The position numbers and the translations under genes are program-made. Below the pieces are notes generated by a model. It saw nothing but the letters and a program-made list of their open reading frames with translations, was not told the origin of the DNA and did not search any database. From Asterias rubens (taxonomy: Eukaryota): 64,000 nt of DNA. Shown here piece by piece: positions 40,895 through 54,454 of this stretch (the first letter of the stretch is position 1; the number at the start of each line of letters is the position of its first letter). The DNA lies in assembly GCF_902459465.1 (NCBI RefSeq), contig NC_047072.1, forward strand, positions 17,484,001 through 17,548,000, read 5' to 3'.

Positions 40895-41737
40895 TTATTC
40901 TGGTTTTAATCGCAAGGCGTACATTTTCTCATACCACGGCTGGTTCCTCTTGACGCATTCAACAACATCCGGAGGCAAGTCCTCCATCCTGTACTCTGTC
41001 TTGTTGACAAGGAAGCTGTGACTCTTCATCGCCTTGTCATAGAACCCACCTTGTTCCCCTCCCCACTGAAAGAACTTGGAGCAGTGCCATTTATTCTCCT
41101 CTGTGCCCTTTTGGGCGGCAAAGTTTAACATGTCCTCCTTGTACGGGATGCCGACTTCCGAGCAGTACCGGCGCAAGGTCTCCCCGGGGTGAGCAGCCAA
41201 ATCATCGGCGTCAACAACGACCGGTGTCTGGTGGAGAACAGATCGCACGTAGTCCATGAGATTATAACTGGCCTTGTAAACGGATGAAGGGCTGACGTAG
41301 CTTTCAAGGTCTCCCGGTAGGTTTGAGTCGACGCCATTTTTCTCACCCGACAACAGTTGTGTGATTCTCTTTCGGTAGGCCGACCACACCTTCACGGGGT
41401 CCCTGATCATGAAAGTGTGGCGGTAACCACCCGGTAGCATCTCAAACTTCCCATCCATTGCGAAGGCCATGTCCTTCACAAAGACAGACTGTGGATAATC
41501 CCTCTCCAGCTTAGCCGTTGTCCAACTGTAGGTCTGCCAGTCATTCACCAGGTCTGCCGAGTGGATCTGGGCCGGCCATGCGACGCGCCTCTCCGGGCCA
41601 AAACTGTGACAGTTGTCGTAGGGCTCCACGAAGATTTCGGTGTTGCCTCTTGCCGCCATGCATCTCGTGAAAACTGTGGACAGGCACATGGGTACACCCC
41701 AAAGGATAACGCGACTCGTAGACTCATCCATGGCCAT
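40895..41737 (-). CDS. P-loop sulfotransferase-like protein (BCAT-like N-terminal / Sulfotransfer_5-type), 280 aa, uninterrupted ORF
   Basis: Motifs ILWGVP..LSTVFTR, IFVEP, VFVKDMA, HTFMIRDP and PVVVDADDL..HP...L..YC..VGIPY..ML recognised from memory of this family. An acceptor TTTTTAATCAG| lies 18 nt before the ATG (41756), so an upstream exon probably exists. Confidence 0.8.
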   Translation of the reverse strand: MAMDESTSRVILWGVPMCLSTVFTRCMAARGNTEIFVEPYDNCHSFGPERRVAWPAQIHSADLVNDWQTYSWTTAKLERDYPQSVFVKDMAFAMDGKFEMLPGGYRHTFMIRDPVKVWSAYRKRITQLLSGEKNGVDSNLPGDLESYVSPSSVYKASYNLMDYVRSVLHQTPVVVDADDLAAHPGETLRRYCSEVGIPYKEDMLNFAAQKGTEENKWHCSKFFQWGGEQGGFYDKAMKSHSFLVNKTEYRMEDLPPDVVECVKRNQPWYEKMYALRLKPE

Positions 41738-41845
41738 CTTATAACCGGTATTAATCTGATTAAAAATATTAGAAAGAGTACACAGAAATATAGCGTAAAT
41801 GATTGAGTCTATAATGGACCCTTTTGGTTCACAAACACTATTGAA

Positions 41846-42830
41846 CTCTGCTCTACCAGCCAGGCCCCTAGGTGATGATGCCCATGCCTACATCATTACA
41901 TACTGTGAAGGGGTAACCCTGTTTCAGCCCCAGGAGTAGGTGGCTCCTAGTGGATGATACCCATGCCTACATCATTACATACTGTGAAGGGTGTAACCCT
42001 GTTTCAGCCCTAGGAGTAGGTGGCTCCTAGTGGATGACACCCATGCCTACATCCTTAGGGACTGTGAAGGGGGTAACCCTGTTTCAACCCAAGGAGTAGG
42101 TGGCTCCTAGTGGATGATACCCATGCCTACATCCTTAGGGACTGTGAAGGGGGTAACCCTGTTTCAACCCAAGGAGTAGGTGGCTCCTAGTGGATGATAC
42201 CCATGCCTACATCCTTAGGGACTCCGGAGAGGGTAACCCTGTTTCAGCCCTAGGAGTAGGTGGCTCCTAGTGGATGATACCCATGCCTACATCCTTAGGG
42301 ACTGTGAAGGGGGTAACCCTGTTTCAGCCCTAGGAGTAGGTGGCTCCTAGTGGATGATACCCATGCCTACATCCTTAGGGACTGTGAAGGGGGTAACCCT
42401 GTTTCAGCCCTAGAGGAGTAGGTGGCTCTTAGTGGATGATACCCATGCCTACATCCTTTAATAGGGACTGTGAAGGGTGTAACCCTGTTTCAATCCCAGG
42501 AGTAGGTGGCTTCTAGTGGTTGACACCCATGCCTACATCCTTAGGGACTGTGAAGGGGGCAACCCTGTTTCAGCCCCAGGAGTAGGTGGCTCTTAGTGGA
42601 TGATACCCATGCTTACCCCCTTACGGACCGTGAAGGGGTAACCCTGTTTCAGCCCAAGGAGTAGGTGGCTCCTAGTGGATGATAATTATGCCTACATCCT
42701 TATAGACTGTGAAGGGGTAACCCTGTTTTAGCTGCTATGAGTATAGGTGGCTCCTAGTGGATGATACCCATGCCTACATCATTCAACATGGACTGTGAAA
42801 GGGGCAAACCTTGTTTCAGACCCCATGAGA
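41846..42830. repeat. ~80-bp minisatellite, 12 units, upstream of the sulfotransferase-like ORF (probably intronic)
   Basis: Unit CCCATGCCTACATCCTTAGGGACTGTGAAGGGGGTAACCCTGTTTCAGCCCTAGGAGTAGGTGGCTCCTAGTGGATGATA; period 79-84 bp. Confidence 0.97.
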
Positions 42831-45800
42831 AAATTGCAACATGCCCCTAGTGGCAGTTGCTTTGGGTCAACATCCCAAATCAGTTAAAGACACTGGACAC
42901 CTTTGGTGCCTTTAAGGCAGGCACTGAAAATGTTTGGTAATTATCAAAGACCAGTGTTTTCACTGGGTGTATCCCAACAAAACATGCATAAAATCACGGC
43001 CTGTGAAAATTGGGGCTCAATTTGTCATCGAAGTTGCAAGAGAATAATGGAGAAGAAAAAAATACCTGTGTTGCACAAAATTAATGTGTTCGCTTTCAGA
43101 GGCTTAAAGGCAGTAGACAATATTGGTAATTGTCAAAGACTAGCCTTCACAGTTGGTGTATCTTAACATATGCATAAAATAACAAACCTGTGTAAATTTG
43201 AGCTCAATCGGTCATCGAACTTGCGAGATAATAATGAACGAAAAAACGCCCTTGTCACCTGAAGTTGTGTGCGTTTAGATGGTTGATTTCGAGACCTCAA
43301 TAAGTTCTAAATCTGAGGTGTCGAAATCAAATTCGTGGAAAACTACGGCACTTCAGAGGGAGCCGTTTTTCACAATGTTTTATACCATCAACCTCTCCCC
43401 ATTACTTGTCACCAAGAAAGGTTTTATGCTCATAATTATTTTGAGTAATTACCAATAGTGTCCACTGCCTTTAAGGCTTCAGCTGAGGTTTTTTGATATT
43501 GTGTGATAAACTACCTCTTTTCTCAAAAACTACTCGGAGGGAGCCGTTTATCACGGTGCTTTATATAACCAACAGTTCTCCAATGCTCGAATACCATGCA
43601 AGCTTTTATGCTTACAGTTATTTCGAGTCATTACCAATAGTGTCTTGCCTTTAAAAAGCGACAGCATTATCGCGCAGAATAATTGGCGCCACAACTAATT
43701 TTCAAGTTGCCCAAAAATCAGCAGTTAGTTTGAAACTTTCTCCATGAGCACGGATGATTCCTTTCACTTTCAATGGTCAATATTATTTTTGTCCCTCATT
43801 ATTTCTTGTCATTGTGGTTTTATTAGTGGTTTCTTGCCAGGATGACCCTGAACAAATTATAATTTGAAAGCAACAAATTTAGCAGGTCATTATAATATCC
43901 TTTTGTTAGATGGATCTTCCAATAAGTATAGAAAGAACCCCCAATTATTGTGTTTTGTTAGGGCTTAATGATGACATTGGAATGCTATGATTCTAATCTC
44001 AACAAGCGTGTTCAAGGTTCCATTGTATACGTGTGGGGTACTTGGGGTCAACTCGACTCGTTTGCTTCCGGATAAGTCGCCGTGTGAACGAACTTTTCCA
44101 CCGTACAAAATTGGACGCTGCATTGGGGTGGTACCAGACTCTTTACCTTCCCCCATCACCCATGAACAAGAATGTTTCTGGTTTGGGGTCCTCCTTAAGA
44201 CCCGAGACACTATTGGTAATTACTCAAAACAATTCGTAGCATAACAACTTTGGTAACGATCAATGGAGAGCTGTTGATAGTATAAAACATTGTGAGAAAC
44301 AGTTCCTCTGAAGTAACGTAGTTTTTGAGAAAGAAGTAATTTCTCACTAAAATATTTCGAGAGCTCAGCTGAGGTCTCGAAATCAAGCAAACAGCTCGTG
44401 TGAAAAGGGTGTTTTTTCTTCCATTATTCTTTCGCAAATTCGACAACCAATTGAGGTCAAATTTTCACAGGTCTGTTATTTTATACATATTTTGAGGTAC
44501 AACAAGCAAGTGAAAGACTGGTTTTGACAATTAACAGATGTGTCCAGTGCCTTTAAATGCAATGTATATATTTGTTTTTGTTTTTTAACCGTACGATTGG
44601 TTTGATCCTATAATACATGTAACAAGTCTGTGAACATTTCATTTCAAAAGGTGGTCGCGTTTCTCGCGCCCAAAATCCGGATATTTGGGATTGATTATTT
44701 TTCACAACTACTATTTTTTTGCAAATCAAAAGGGCGTCTTCCTTTTTGTACGTTAACTCAGAAAAATGTTGTAAAACAAATTATCTAAGTTTTACGTCTG
44801 AGTCATAGTTTGGGAAAACATGGACACCCAGACAGCAACTTAACACACAAACTGGGTGTTAAATACACTGGTGTTTGACACTTGGTGTGGAGAATAAGAG
44901 TAACAATCCAGAGCCACTACTCCTTCAAAAGAGATTTTACTCGACCCGCAAGTTTACTATTCATATTTATATATTTATAGTTACTTTTACACTGGACACT
45001 ATTATTTTGGTAATTTGACTGTACTTGCTGTATCTCAACTATGCATAAAATAACAAATCTGTGAAAATTTAAGCTCAATCGGTCGTCGAATTTGCGAGAT
45101 AATGATGAAAGAAAAAAACACCATTTTCACACAAAGTTGTGTGCTTTCTGATGCTTGATTTCGAGACCTAAAATCCTAAACTTGAGGTCTCGAAATCAAA
45201 TTCGTGGAAAATTACTTCTTTCTCGAAAACTACGTCACTTCAGAGGGAGCTGTTTCTCACAATGTTTTATACCATCTGTCTCTCCCCATTACTTGCAATC
45301 AAGAAAGATTTTATAATGATAAATATTTTGAGTAATTACCAATAGTGTCCACTGCCTTAAAAACAAAAACTTGGTAAAATTTACACCAAGGGTTTTGTGA
45401 AAAAGAAGACCAATTGAGAATCAAAATTGAAACATATATAGGGTGTTGAATACACTGATGTTTGACATTTTGCATGATGTGGAGAATAAGAAAAACTATC
45501 CAGAGCCACTACTCATTCAAAAGAAGTTTTACTCGTGCATGGTTGTACCCGCAAGTTTACTATATATATTTATATTTAAAGTTACTCTTACACTGGACAC
45601 TATTGGTAATTAATTTTTTGTCAAAGACCAGTTTCCTCACATATGCATAAAATAACAAATCTGTGAAAATTTGAGCTCAATTGGTCATCGAAGTTGCGAG
45701 ATAACAAGGAAAGAAAAAACAACCTTGTCACACGAAGTGTTGTGTGCTCTAAGATACTTGAATTCGAGACCTCAAAGTCAATATCTGCGGTCTCGTAATC

Positions 45801-47167
45801 AAATTCGTGGAAAATTACTTCACTCATAAAAACTAGGTTACTTCAGAGAGAGAGAGCTGTTTCTCACAATATTTTATACTATCAACCTCTCCCCATTACT
45901 TGTTATACCAAGTAAGTTTTTATGCTAATAATTTTTTTGAGTAATTACCAATAGTGTCCACGCCTTAACACCCAAATTATGTTTTGTTTTGTTTTTTACC
46001 TCTGTGACAGCACCACTTTGTGTCAATTTTAATACACCAGTTTTGCTATGTATGCTTCCGTCGCTTACAACCAGTGTTTAGATTTTAAACACAAATTGAT
46101 GTTGTTGTACCCACTTTTTAAACACGTTCAAATGATAAACACGCTTATCATTTTGACAACTGCTTAATTTGTTTTTTATATTGTTCGTATATTGTTTTAT
46201 GTTTGTCTCAAGGCCTCTACATACACTAACAGAGTTGTTTGATGCTCACATTTTCGGGGGGGGGAACAATTCGAACAGTGTTCGTGGCCACACTGTCTTC
46301 ACAAAATTCATCCGCAGGCAACGTATGATTACGCTCTTCCTTTCCAAACAAGCATCATCAAACACAAACACTAATCTTAACATATTTTAGGTTACCCAAA
46401 CTAATGCTTATAAAGTTGAAATTCTAAATACTGTTTTTATAGTCTGATGTGGAAAAAATGATTATATTTACCAAGAGGTGCAGCAATGAAGATCGAGTTA
46501 CCGAAACCGAGCGTCACGGAGAGCGGGTAGTCATACAACTGTTTCGACAACTTTCAGTCTGTGAGTGATAGTTAAGACCGGCAAATGCTGATATGGGTTG
46601 GAAAGAGTTCACGATCATGCCGGGGGTCGTTTGTGGCCGATACGCTTCAAAAGGTCCTGGACGGCCGATTGTCCGTAAAACACTCAACAGATCATTTCAA
46701 CATATTCTGCAAACTTTCATAAAATACATGTACCTTCCATAAGAAGTTGTATTGTTAAAAAACAAATCAACACATAACAATGTTATTGAGACAGCGTGCC
46801 TGAAGCTTTTTAACTTTATGTCATCCAATGAAAATGATTGAAAACCCATGACGAGTCCATCACTCAACCAAGCAGTTGACAACAATTGGCGTTTTTTTTT
46901 TTTTTTTTAAATTACCGCAGAAAAAAAAACGATCTTAGAATAACTATATCACGAATTGTGTGTATTTCTGAAAGACAGTGGACACTATTGGTAACTGTCA
47001 AAGATCAGTCTTCTCACTTGGTGTATCTCAACAAATTAACAAACCTGTGCTTTTGAGCTCAATCGGTCGTCGAAGTTGCAAGATAATAAAAAGAAAAAAC
47101 ACCCTTGTCACACGAAGTTGTGTGTTTTTAGATGCTTGGTTTCGAGACTTCAAAATCTAAATCTGAA

Positions 47168-47833
47168 GTCTCGAAATCAAATTCGTGGAAAAGTACTTCT
47201 TTCTCGAAAGCTACGTCACTTCAGAGGGAGCCGTTTCTCACAATGTGTTATACTATCAACCTCTCCCCACTACTCGTTACCAAGTAAGGTTTTATGCTAA
47301 TTTAGTGTTTTAAGTAATTACCAATAGTGTCCACTTTTAAAATGCAAACTCAAAACCCACTTACCAAATAACAGATTATTTCCAAATAAAGGTCTGGGTT
47401 GTGTGCAGGTTCCACCGTAGTCTAATTCCTTACCAGAACCTGGGGTCTGTGTAACCCAAATACCATCTTTGAACAAACAATTTTTTACAATTTCAACTTA
47501 GTCTCGAAATCAAATTCGTGGAAAAGTACTTCTTTCTCGAAAGCTACGTCACTTCAGAGGGAGCCGTTTCTCACAATGTGTTATACTATCAACCTCTCCC
47601 CACTACTCGTTACCAAGTAAGGTTTTATGCTAATTTAGTGTTTTAAGTAATTACCAATAGTGTCCACTTTTAAAATGCAAACTCAAAACCCACTTACCAA
47701 ATAACAGATTATTTCCAAATAAAGGTCTGGGTTGTGTGCAGGTTCCACCGTAGTCTAATTCCTTACCAGAACCTGGGGTCTGTGTAACCCAAATACCATC
47801 TTTGAACAAACAATTTTTTACAATTTCAACTTA
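47168..47833. repeat. Tandem duplication, 2 x 333 bp, apparently identical
   Basis: 47168-47500 matches 47501-47833 by eye. Confidence 0.95.
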
Positions 47834-49242
47834 TTCCCCAGGCGAAGATCAGTCCTATCAAATGAAAAGTTGTCAGTCCTAGTTTTCGCAACTATTATTT
47901 GGACTTTAAAGAAAAAGGTCATGAGGGAGTTAATCAAACAACTGTGTGGTCTCTGTTCAAGAATTGTACCGCCGTGCAACGCCGCGCAAGGCCCGCTAGC
48001 CTCCGGTCCCTTCAGCCTCGTACCAGGATTGTTTGAAAAAAAAATATTACAAACAAAGTCCAAAATGCACTCACCACAAAATTCTTATGTTTGGTTGTAT
48101 TCACAGTGAGTAGATTTGTAACTTTCAACAATAGTCATTCACTGCGTGTTCCTTTTGTCAACAAGCACGTAAGGGACTTCAAGAGTTGCTCAACGGAATG
48201 CTATAACAATAGAGAATCAGTAACTGGTAGCCAAACCAAATAGTATTTTCCGTAACCCCGAAGCAACCAAACTCAGAGCGATCGACTCTGTCTTACATGC
48301 ATTCTAATAAGCGGAACTGCGGAATTGTGCTTAAAAAGGGGTTTCAAATTCATAATATAACACTGTGGGCTAAAACAAAATCCATAGACAACGATGCGCT
48401 CAGGTTTTGCTACACCAACATTTACAGTGGCAATCCCTGGGTAGACTTGATGACAAGTCGTTAGGCGCTGCCTATTTGTCTGCCGTTCATGCAACAGTCA
48501 CAGTGCGATTATACACATGCAACGGTCGTAGGTAGCGCGTGGCAGCTTGCGACTGACTCACACACACACATACTGAGATCGAGGGTGAGTGTAACGTCCC
48601 CGTAGCTACACCGCGCTGTTACTACACCGCGCTTAACAGTTACCGTCTTGTCTTCAAGACTAATCCTGGGGCGATACAGGTGGAAAGGGAAAGAACCATC
48701 TGTGCCGAAAAAAATAATGTTCCGCCATCTTTAACAAACTTTTTTACCCATACATAATTCAAAATTATCATGCAGACTTGACTAATTGACTCATTGTTAC
48801 TACACACTTTACTGAACCATTCAATTACCGTGATAGTTTTAAAAGAATTATAGAGTGGAATAAATAGAAAAGGAGTTCTGTTTGGAACTGACGCCTATTC
48901 GTGATTTTGTTTGTAATTAATAGCTTTTTCCATTCTGACCATGTTTTTGTTGTAATCGTTACATGGCGTAACTGGGGGGTGTCACTCGTAGCATCAGCTG
49001 CTACCATTTTATTTTTCGTTATATAGGGGGACCCCGAATCGTGTAAAATTCGTGCCACCTTTTCTCATAACCCTTGAAAGGTTACAAAAAGGGGCTTTTC
49101 GTATCATTCTGGCTGGTCAAATACACCAACTTCATAGTGGAAATATGCCAATTGTTCAGTTTGCCTGCAATCACTGATAGACTGAGACATTAATTTGTTT
49201 GTCAATTTTTGTGAGACCTTGTTTGAATCTGAAAACTACAGG

Positions 49243-49370
49243 CACTGGCTCCCACCAAACAACAACAACAACTTGCGGAATGCCAACAAAATGTGCCCCA
49301 AAATGTGGCTGGTCGTTACAAAAATAGTTGCATTCCATCCCTTGTCCAAGCACTCAACAATAGCTCTTGA
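49243..49370 (+). mobile_element. LINE RT C-terminal relic related to the 34.2-kb copy, frameshifted
   Basis: HWLPPNNNNNLRN / GRYKNSCIPSLVQALN*. Confidence 0.55.
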
Positions 49371-49928
49371 TTTGTGTTCACTCAGTTGGTATGCCATTTG
49401 TCCCCATTCTTTCATTTTGTCCTTTGAATGTGACTTGCCGTGCAATGTTAAGTTTTACCTAATTTGTCACTGGCACTAGCCGGTTTGCCTTTTTAATGTG
49501 TAAAAAAACAAATTGTATGTCCTTATGTTTTTTCGTAAATTTTAACATTTCCATTTTTTGAATCTTTGTATTTTACACTCAATAGGAGACTTTCCAACGC
49601 TAGGCGGCAGCAGACATACCGGGTAAATTTCCATTGTTTACGTAGTTCTGAACATGCGCATAATTCTGAGAACAATGGATTTACCCGGTAAGTCTGCTGC
49701 CCTCTATCGTCCCAGAAAGTCTCCCATTCAGTTTGTAGCTGCGATGTTTGAATGTGTTTTAATAAACCAATAGTAATGATAATAATATTTCTCCATCCTT
49801 GACCAAATCTTGGCTTCTAAATCTAAAGGTGTTGTGGTCCCATGCAATGTTAGTAAATGGAACTCCCCCAGGACACGCCTGTATCTCACACTTTCTCGCT
49901 CATGGATGTCTTCATTTTTGCTGTTTAA

Positions 49929-50306
49929 AGGCAGTGGACACTATTGGTAATTACTCAAAATAATTATTGGCATAAAACCTTTCTTGGTGACGAGCAATGG
50001 GGAGAGGTTGACGGTATAAAACACTGTGAGAAACGGCTCCCTCTGAAGTGCCATAGTTTTCGAGAAAGAAGTAATTTTCCACGAATTTGATTTCGAGACC
50101 TCAGATTTAGAACTTGAGGTCTCGAAATCAACCATCTAAACGCACACAACTTCGTGTGACAAGGGTGTTTTTTCTTTCATTATTATCTCGCAACTTCGAT
50201 GACCGATTGAGCTCAAATTTTCACAGGTTTGTTATGTTATGCATATGTTGAGATACGCCAACTGTGAAGGCTAGTCTTTGACAATTACCAATAGTGTCCA
50301 CTGCCT
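49929..50306. mobile_element. Family A MITE (378 bp, TTAA-flanked, Kolobok/T2-like); representative of roughly 25 or more full and partial copies
   Basis: TIR AGGCAGTGGACACTATTGGTAATT, TTAA on both sides, internal hairpin GATTTCGAGACCTCA...TGAGGTCTCGAAATC. Other copies near 2575, 3500, 5455, 9812, 11640, 14300, 14703, 21337, 24205, 34474, 40130, 43105, 44205, 44990, 45590, 46970, 50944, 52736, 62208 and 63398. Confidence 0.9.
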
Positions 50307-53243
50307 TTAATTATGTTGTCACTCTACCGCTTCCATCCTACATTTCCGCCCTCGAAATTCGTTCACGGGTTCGCACTTGTTTAACTATTATTCCCCTTCT
50401 ATAGGTCTACACCTTTGATACCATGTTGTTATCTTAAACGTAATTAGTTTTGCCCCAAGACAAAATATTGATGGCTTGATGCTTCGCGATTGTGAAGGCC
50501 TATATCTGCTTCGCATTTATACAACTGGGTGAGGAGAAGCAATTATGGGTGCGATTCTAAAGGACTTGAGAGCCGCAAGTTCAACTCACTATACCACGTA
50601 GGTAGAACAATAATCATGAGCCATGAAATTTCTTCTCATAATAAGGATACAGTATCGGTCGAGAACACATCTTGTGTTTAAATTGAAAATAGAACCAAAA
50701 GCTTACGAGGATGTTTACCCTAAATATTGACATCAGGCACGTACCTGAGGATGTCCGTCAAAACGTATAGGCGATGTATGAATTGATAGTTTCGGCAGTC
50801 GTTGCAGCCACAGCCACTAGCCATAGCCGGTGATGAAGTCACTTAAATTGGTACATTTAGCAAGTATAGGTCACACGCAATACCGCAAGCCAAATTGATA
50901 TACCTCACCATGCAATGCCTCAAACCCCATACATTTTGTTTAAAGGCAGTGGACACTATTGGTAATTGTCAAAGACTAGCCTTCACAGTTAGTGTGTCTC
51001 AACATATGCATAAAATAACAAACCTGTGAACAATTTCAGCTCAATCGGTCATCAAACTTGCGAGATAATAATGAAAGAACAAAACACCCTTGTCACACCA
51101 AGTTGTGTACATTTAGATGGTTGATTTCGAGACCTCAAGTTCTAAATCTGAGGTCTCGAAATCAAATTCGTGGAAAATTACTTCTTTCTCGAAAACTATG
51201 GCACTTCAGAGGGAGCCGTTTCTCACAATGTTTTATACCATCAAACTCTCCCCATTACTTGTCACCAAAAGGGTTTTATGATAATAATTATTTTGAGTAA
51301 TTACCAATAGTGTCCACTGCCTTTGAACTAAAGGACAATACACCATTATCTCTTTTTGCAATTGGATCTAAGGAACATCTTTTTTATTCAGACAGCTAAA
51401 TTTAATCTGCTGATATCGCACTAAAGTTCACTATACCCTGGATGTACCAAAATAATAGCTATCTCATTTCCTGGTCGTGGTATTGTACCATCACACGACA
51501 CACGTGATGATGAAGCTATTGTACAAAAGACCAAAACACACGTGTGTTGTGTTGTGTTTAAACCAGCACTGCACTGTCATGTATTCTGTAACCCAAACGG
51601 CTCCACACACATCCCATAGTATATAAACCTACAGCCGTGCTATACTATCCTCCTCCAATACATCGCATCCTAGCCTAATGATAATAATGATTATCCGCAT
51701 GTGAATTGAAGAACTATTTGATAACAAAAACACCGTCCTTCCTCGATGTTCTTCCGGCTTAAAACAATCACAAAATCTGCGAGGAGTAGAAAACAGGGAA
51801 TTTTACTTCCGGGATTAGGGTGGTGTCGCGTCTTTGTGACGGCGCAAATCTTCTCATGCGAGCGCTGGTGCTGTGAGGAAGACCGCTTGTAGTCGTCTGG
51901 GGGAGTTCGGAGCGATTGAACAAGGAAATACTATATATCTGGTTCAACATTGGAGGAGAAACACGGGTTTTGGGGAGTGAACAAACAGATAACCATGGCA
52001 ACCATCATGAGACAAAGCAGTGCGGATCAGTTCGCCTGCCTAAGGAAAACACCACGGGAGCACACTCGGTAAGCTAGGACCAGACGTTTATATTAATCCG
52101 TTTTTATTGAAATTAGATTTTAGGAATCAAGTCGGCGCAGGGCGATGAGAAGGTTTTTAATGCGGACACTAAATCATGTTACAGCATCAACTCTGACATA
52201 ATTTTGTGTTTTAAATGATTAAAATGCAACTACAGTGTCACTATACGTGTCACTTTGGACACTGTCATAAAATTGGGTTAAAAATCATATACAGCTATAA
52301 TAATACTCTTGAGAAGGACTCAATAGTGGAGTCAACGTTAATTTAGTAATGGTTTTTGTTTAAATAAAAAATAAACAACGGCTCATAATACTATTCCGTT
52401 AGATTCGAAAAGTGAAATGGTTTAATTTTCCACCGACCAGGAATGTATTAGCCTTCAGTTATGTTGATTTTATTTAATGGTCACTGTTTTTCATAAAACC
52501 TCATTATGATCAATATTTTAAAGACCTAAATTATGTCAAATTTTACAAATATTTGTGTTTAATCCAAGGTGCGAATAAGTAAAGACTAATATCAAAGAAG
52601 ATGCCAAAGATAATGTTAAACGTATTATTTTTATTTTTTTCATCTTGCTTCTTTATAAAAACACATCATCACAAGAAGACCATAATAATATAACAAAACT
52701 TGAAGAGGGGAATTTTAACATTTTGATCGTTTTAAAGGCAGTGGACACTATTGGTAATTGTCAAAGACTAGTCTTAACAGTTGGTGTATCTCGACATTAT
52801 GCGTAAAATAACAAACATGTGAAAATTTGAGCTCAATTGGTCGTTGAAGTTGCAAGATATTAATGAAAGAAAAAACATCCTTGTCATCGAAGTTGTGTGC
52901 GTTTAGATGCTTGATTTCGAGACCTCAAATTCTAAACTTGAGGTCTCGAAATAAATTTGTGGAAAATTACTTCTTTCTCGAAAACTACGTTACTTCAGAG
53001 GGAGCTGTTTCTCACAATGTTTTATACCATCAATCTCTCTCCAATACTTGTTAGCAATTAAGGTTTATGCTAATAATTATTTTGAGTAATTACCAATAGT
53101 GTCCACTGCCTTTAATGTACGCCATAGATTACAATAATTCGTGTTGGAATACACAATCTCAGAGACATTACAGTCAGTAACGCTTCTCAGATTCAAATTT
53201 ATGGGGATAAAAGTGATCCTTTTAAAATAACCACATTACTTAA

Positions 53244-53595
53244 AGGATTTGGGTAATTTTTCAAAATGTCTATAGATTTACATTAAATTACAGGGTTTGA
53301 AGATAATGATAGTGGAAAGCTTCCCTTCAAATCTTACTTACTGAGGTGCTGTAGTTTTTCAGAAATGAGTAAAACAATGTCATGAAAATACGTTTGTAAA
53401 TGATTAAATTAATTTTCGTCTCATGAGACGAAAGTTATTTTCATGACATTGTTTTACTAATTTCCCAAAAACTACAGCACCTCAGCACGTAGTATTTTCA
53501 GGGAAGCTTTCTACCATCATTATCTTCAAACTAAGTTTAGTGTAAATCTGTGGACATTGTGTTTTTTGTTGTCCTACAAAAGTTACATAGACCCT
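53244..53595. mobile_element. TTAA-flanked foldback MITE (~350 bp, long internal hairpin arms)
   Basis: TTAA at 53240-53243 and 53596-53599; arms of ~120 bp are complementary. Confidence 0.8.
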
Positions 53596-54454
53596 TTAAA
53601 GCACACGTACTTAGCATTGGTATTGTTATAGACCAGCATCCGTCTTTTTCTATGTTAGGGACATGGTATAAACATGAAATCATTATACCTGGTGATAGTG
53701 TAAGTTAAGTCGGTCTCACTGAAATTATGACAGTAGACCCAGTGTAGTATTTTAACTGTTGTTTTAACTGTTGGTCAAAATTTTGGATTTTGTGAGAGTC
53801 AGAACTAATAGTTATGTTCAACCAATTTCCTTAAAAAATCTTCCTATAGGGCAAAACAATTTCAACAGTAGGTTTTACAACATAACCATCTTATGTACCA
53901 TAATAGATAGATTTGTGTTCCTTCAAATGACTCAGCAAAATACAGAGTGGTGCTAACACACATCGGTGTAAATGGATATCCAATGTGCAAAATGATGTTA
54001 ATTGTTTTCCCAAATCTTTGTTGTGAACACGCTTTATCTACACACGTTCATGAATGGTCTTGCTTATTTCCAAACATGGGCTTTTGGTTTTCGCTCGAGA
54101 CGTACACATGTTTGGGTCATTTAAGTTCCGCGATTGAAATATTTTGAGGGCAAAGGATAGCTTCCACATCTGGAGAACCATGACCCGATCCTAGACTTGT
54201 TTCAAGTCCTGTTCTCGTGTAAAATATATCGCGCCGCACTCAAAACGATAGCTTTCTGGCGATGGCACGGGATTGGGACTTGAGTGAAGTCTACGATATA
54301 CCCTGAACTGCATACCATTCATAGTCAATGCCTCCAGCGACCATCGTTTATGGAAACAGCATTTTTATATTGAAATTTATAAAAGCATTTGTAAAGCGCG
54401 TAATATTATGCAATGCGCTGATACGGTATTTCCGAAGAGGAAACAATGTATAAA

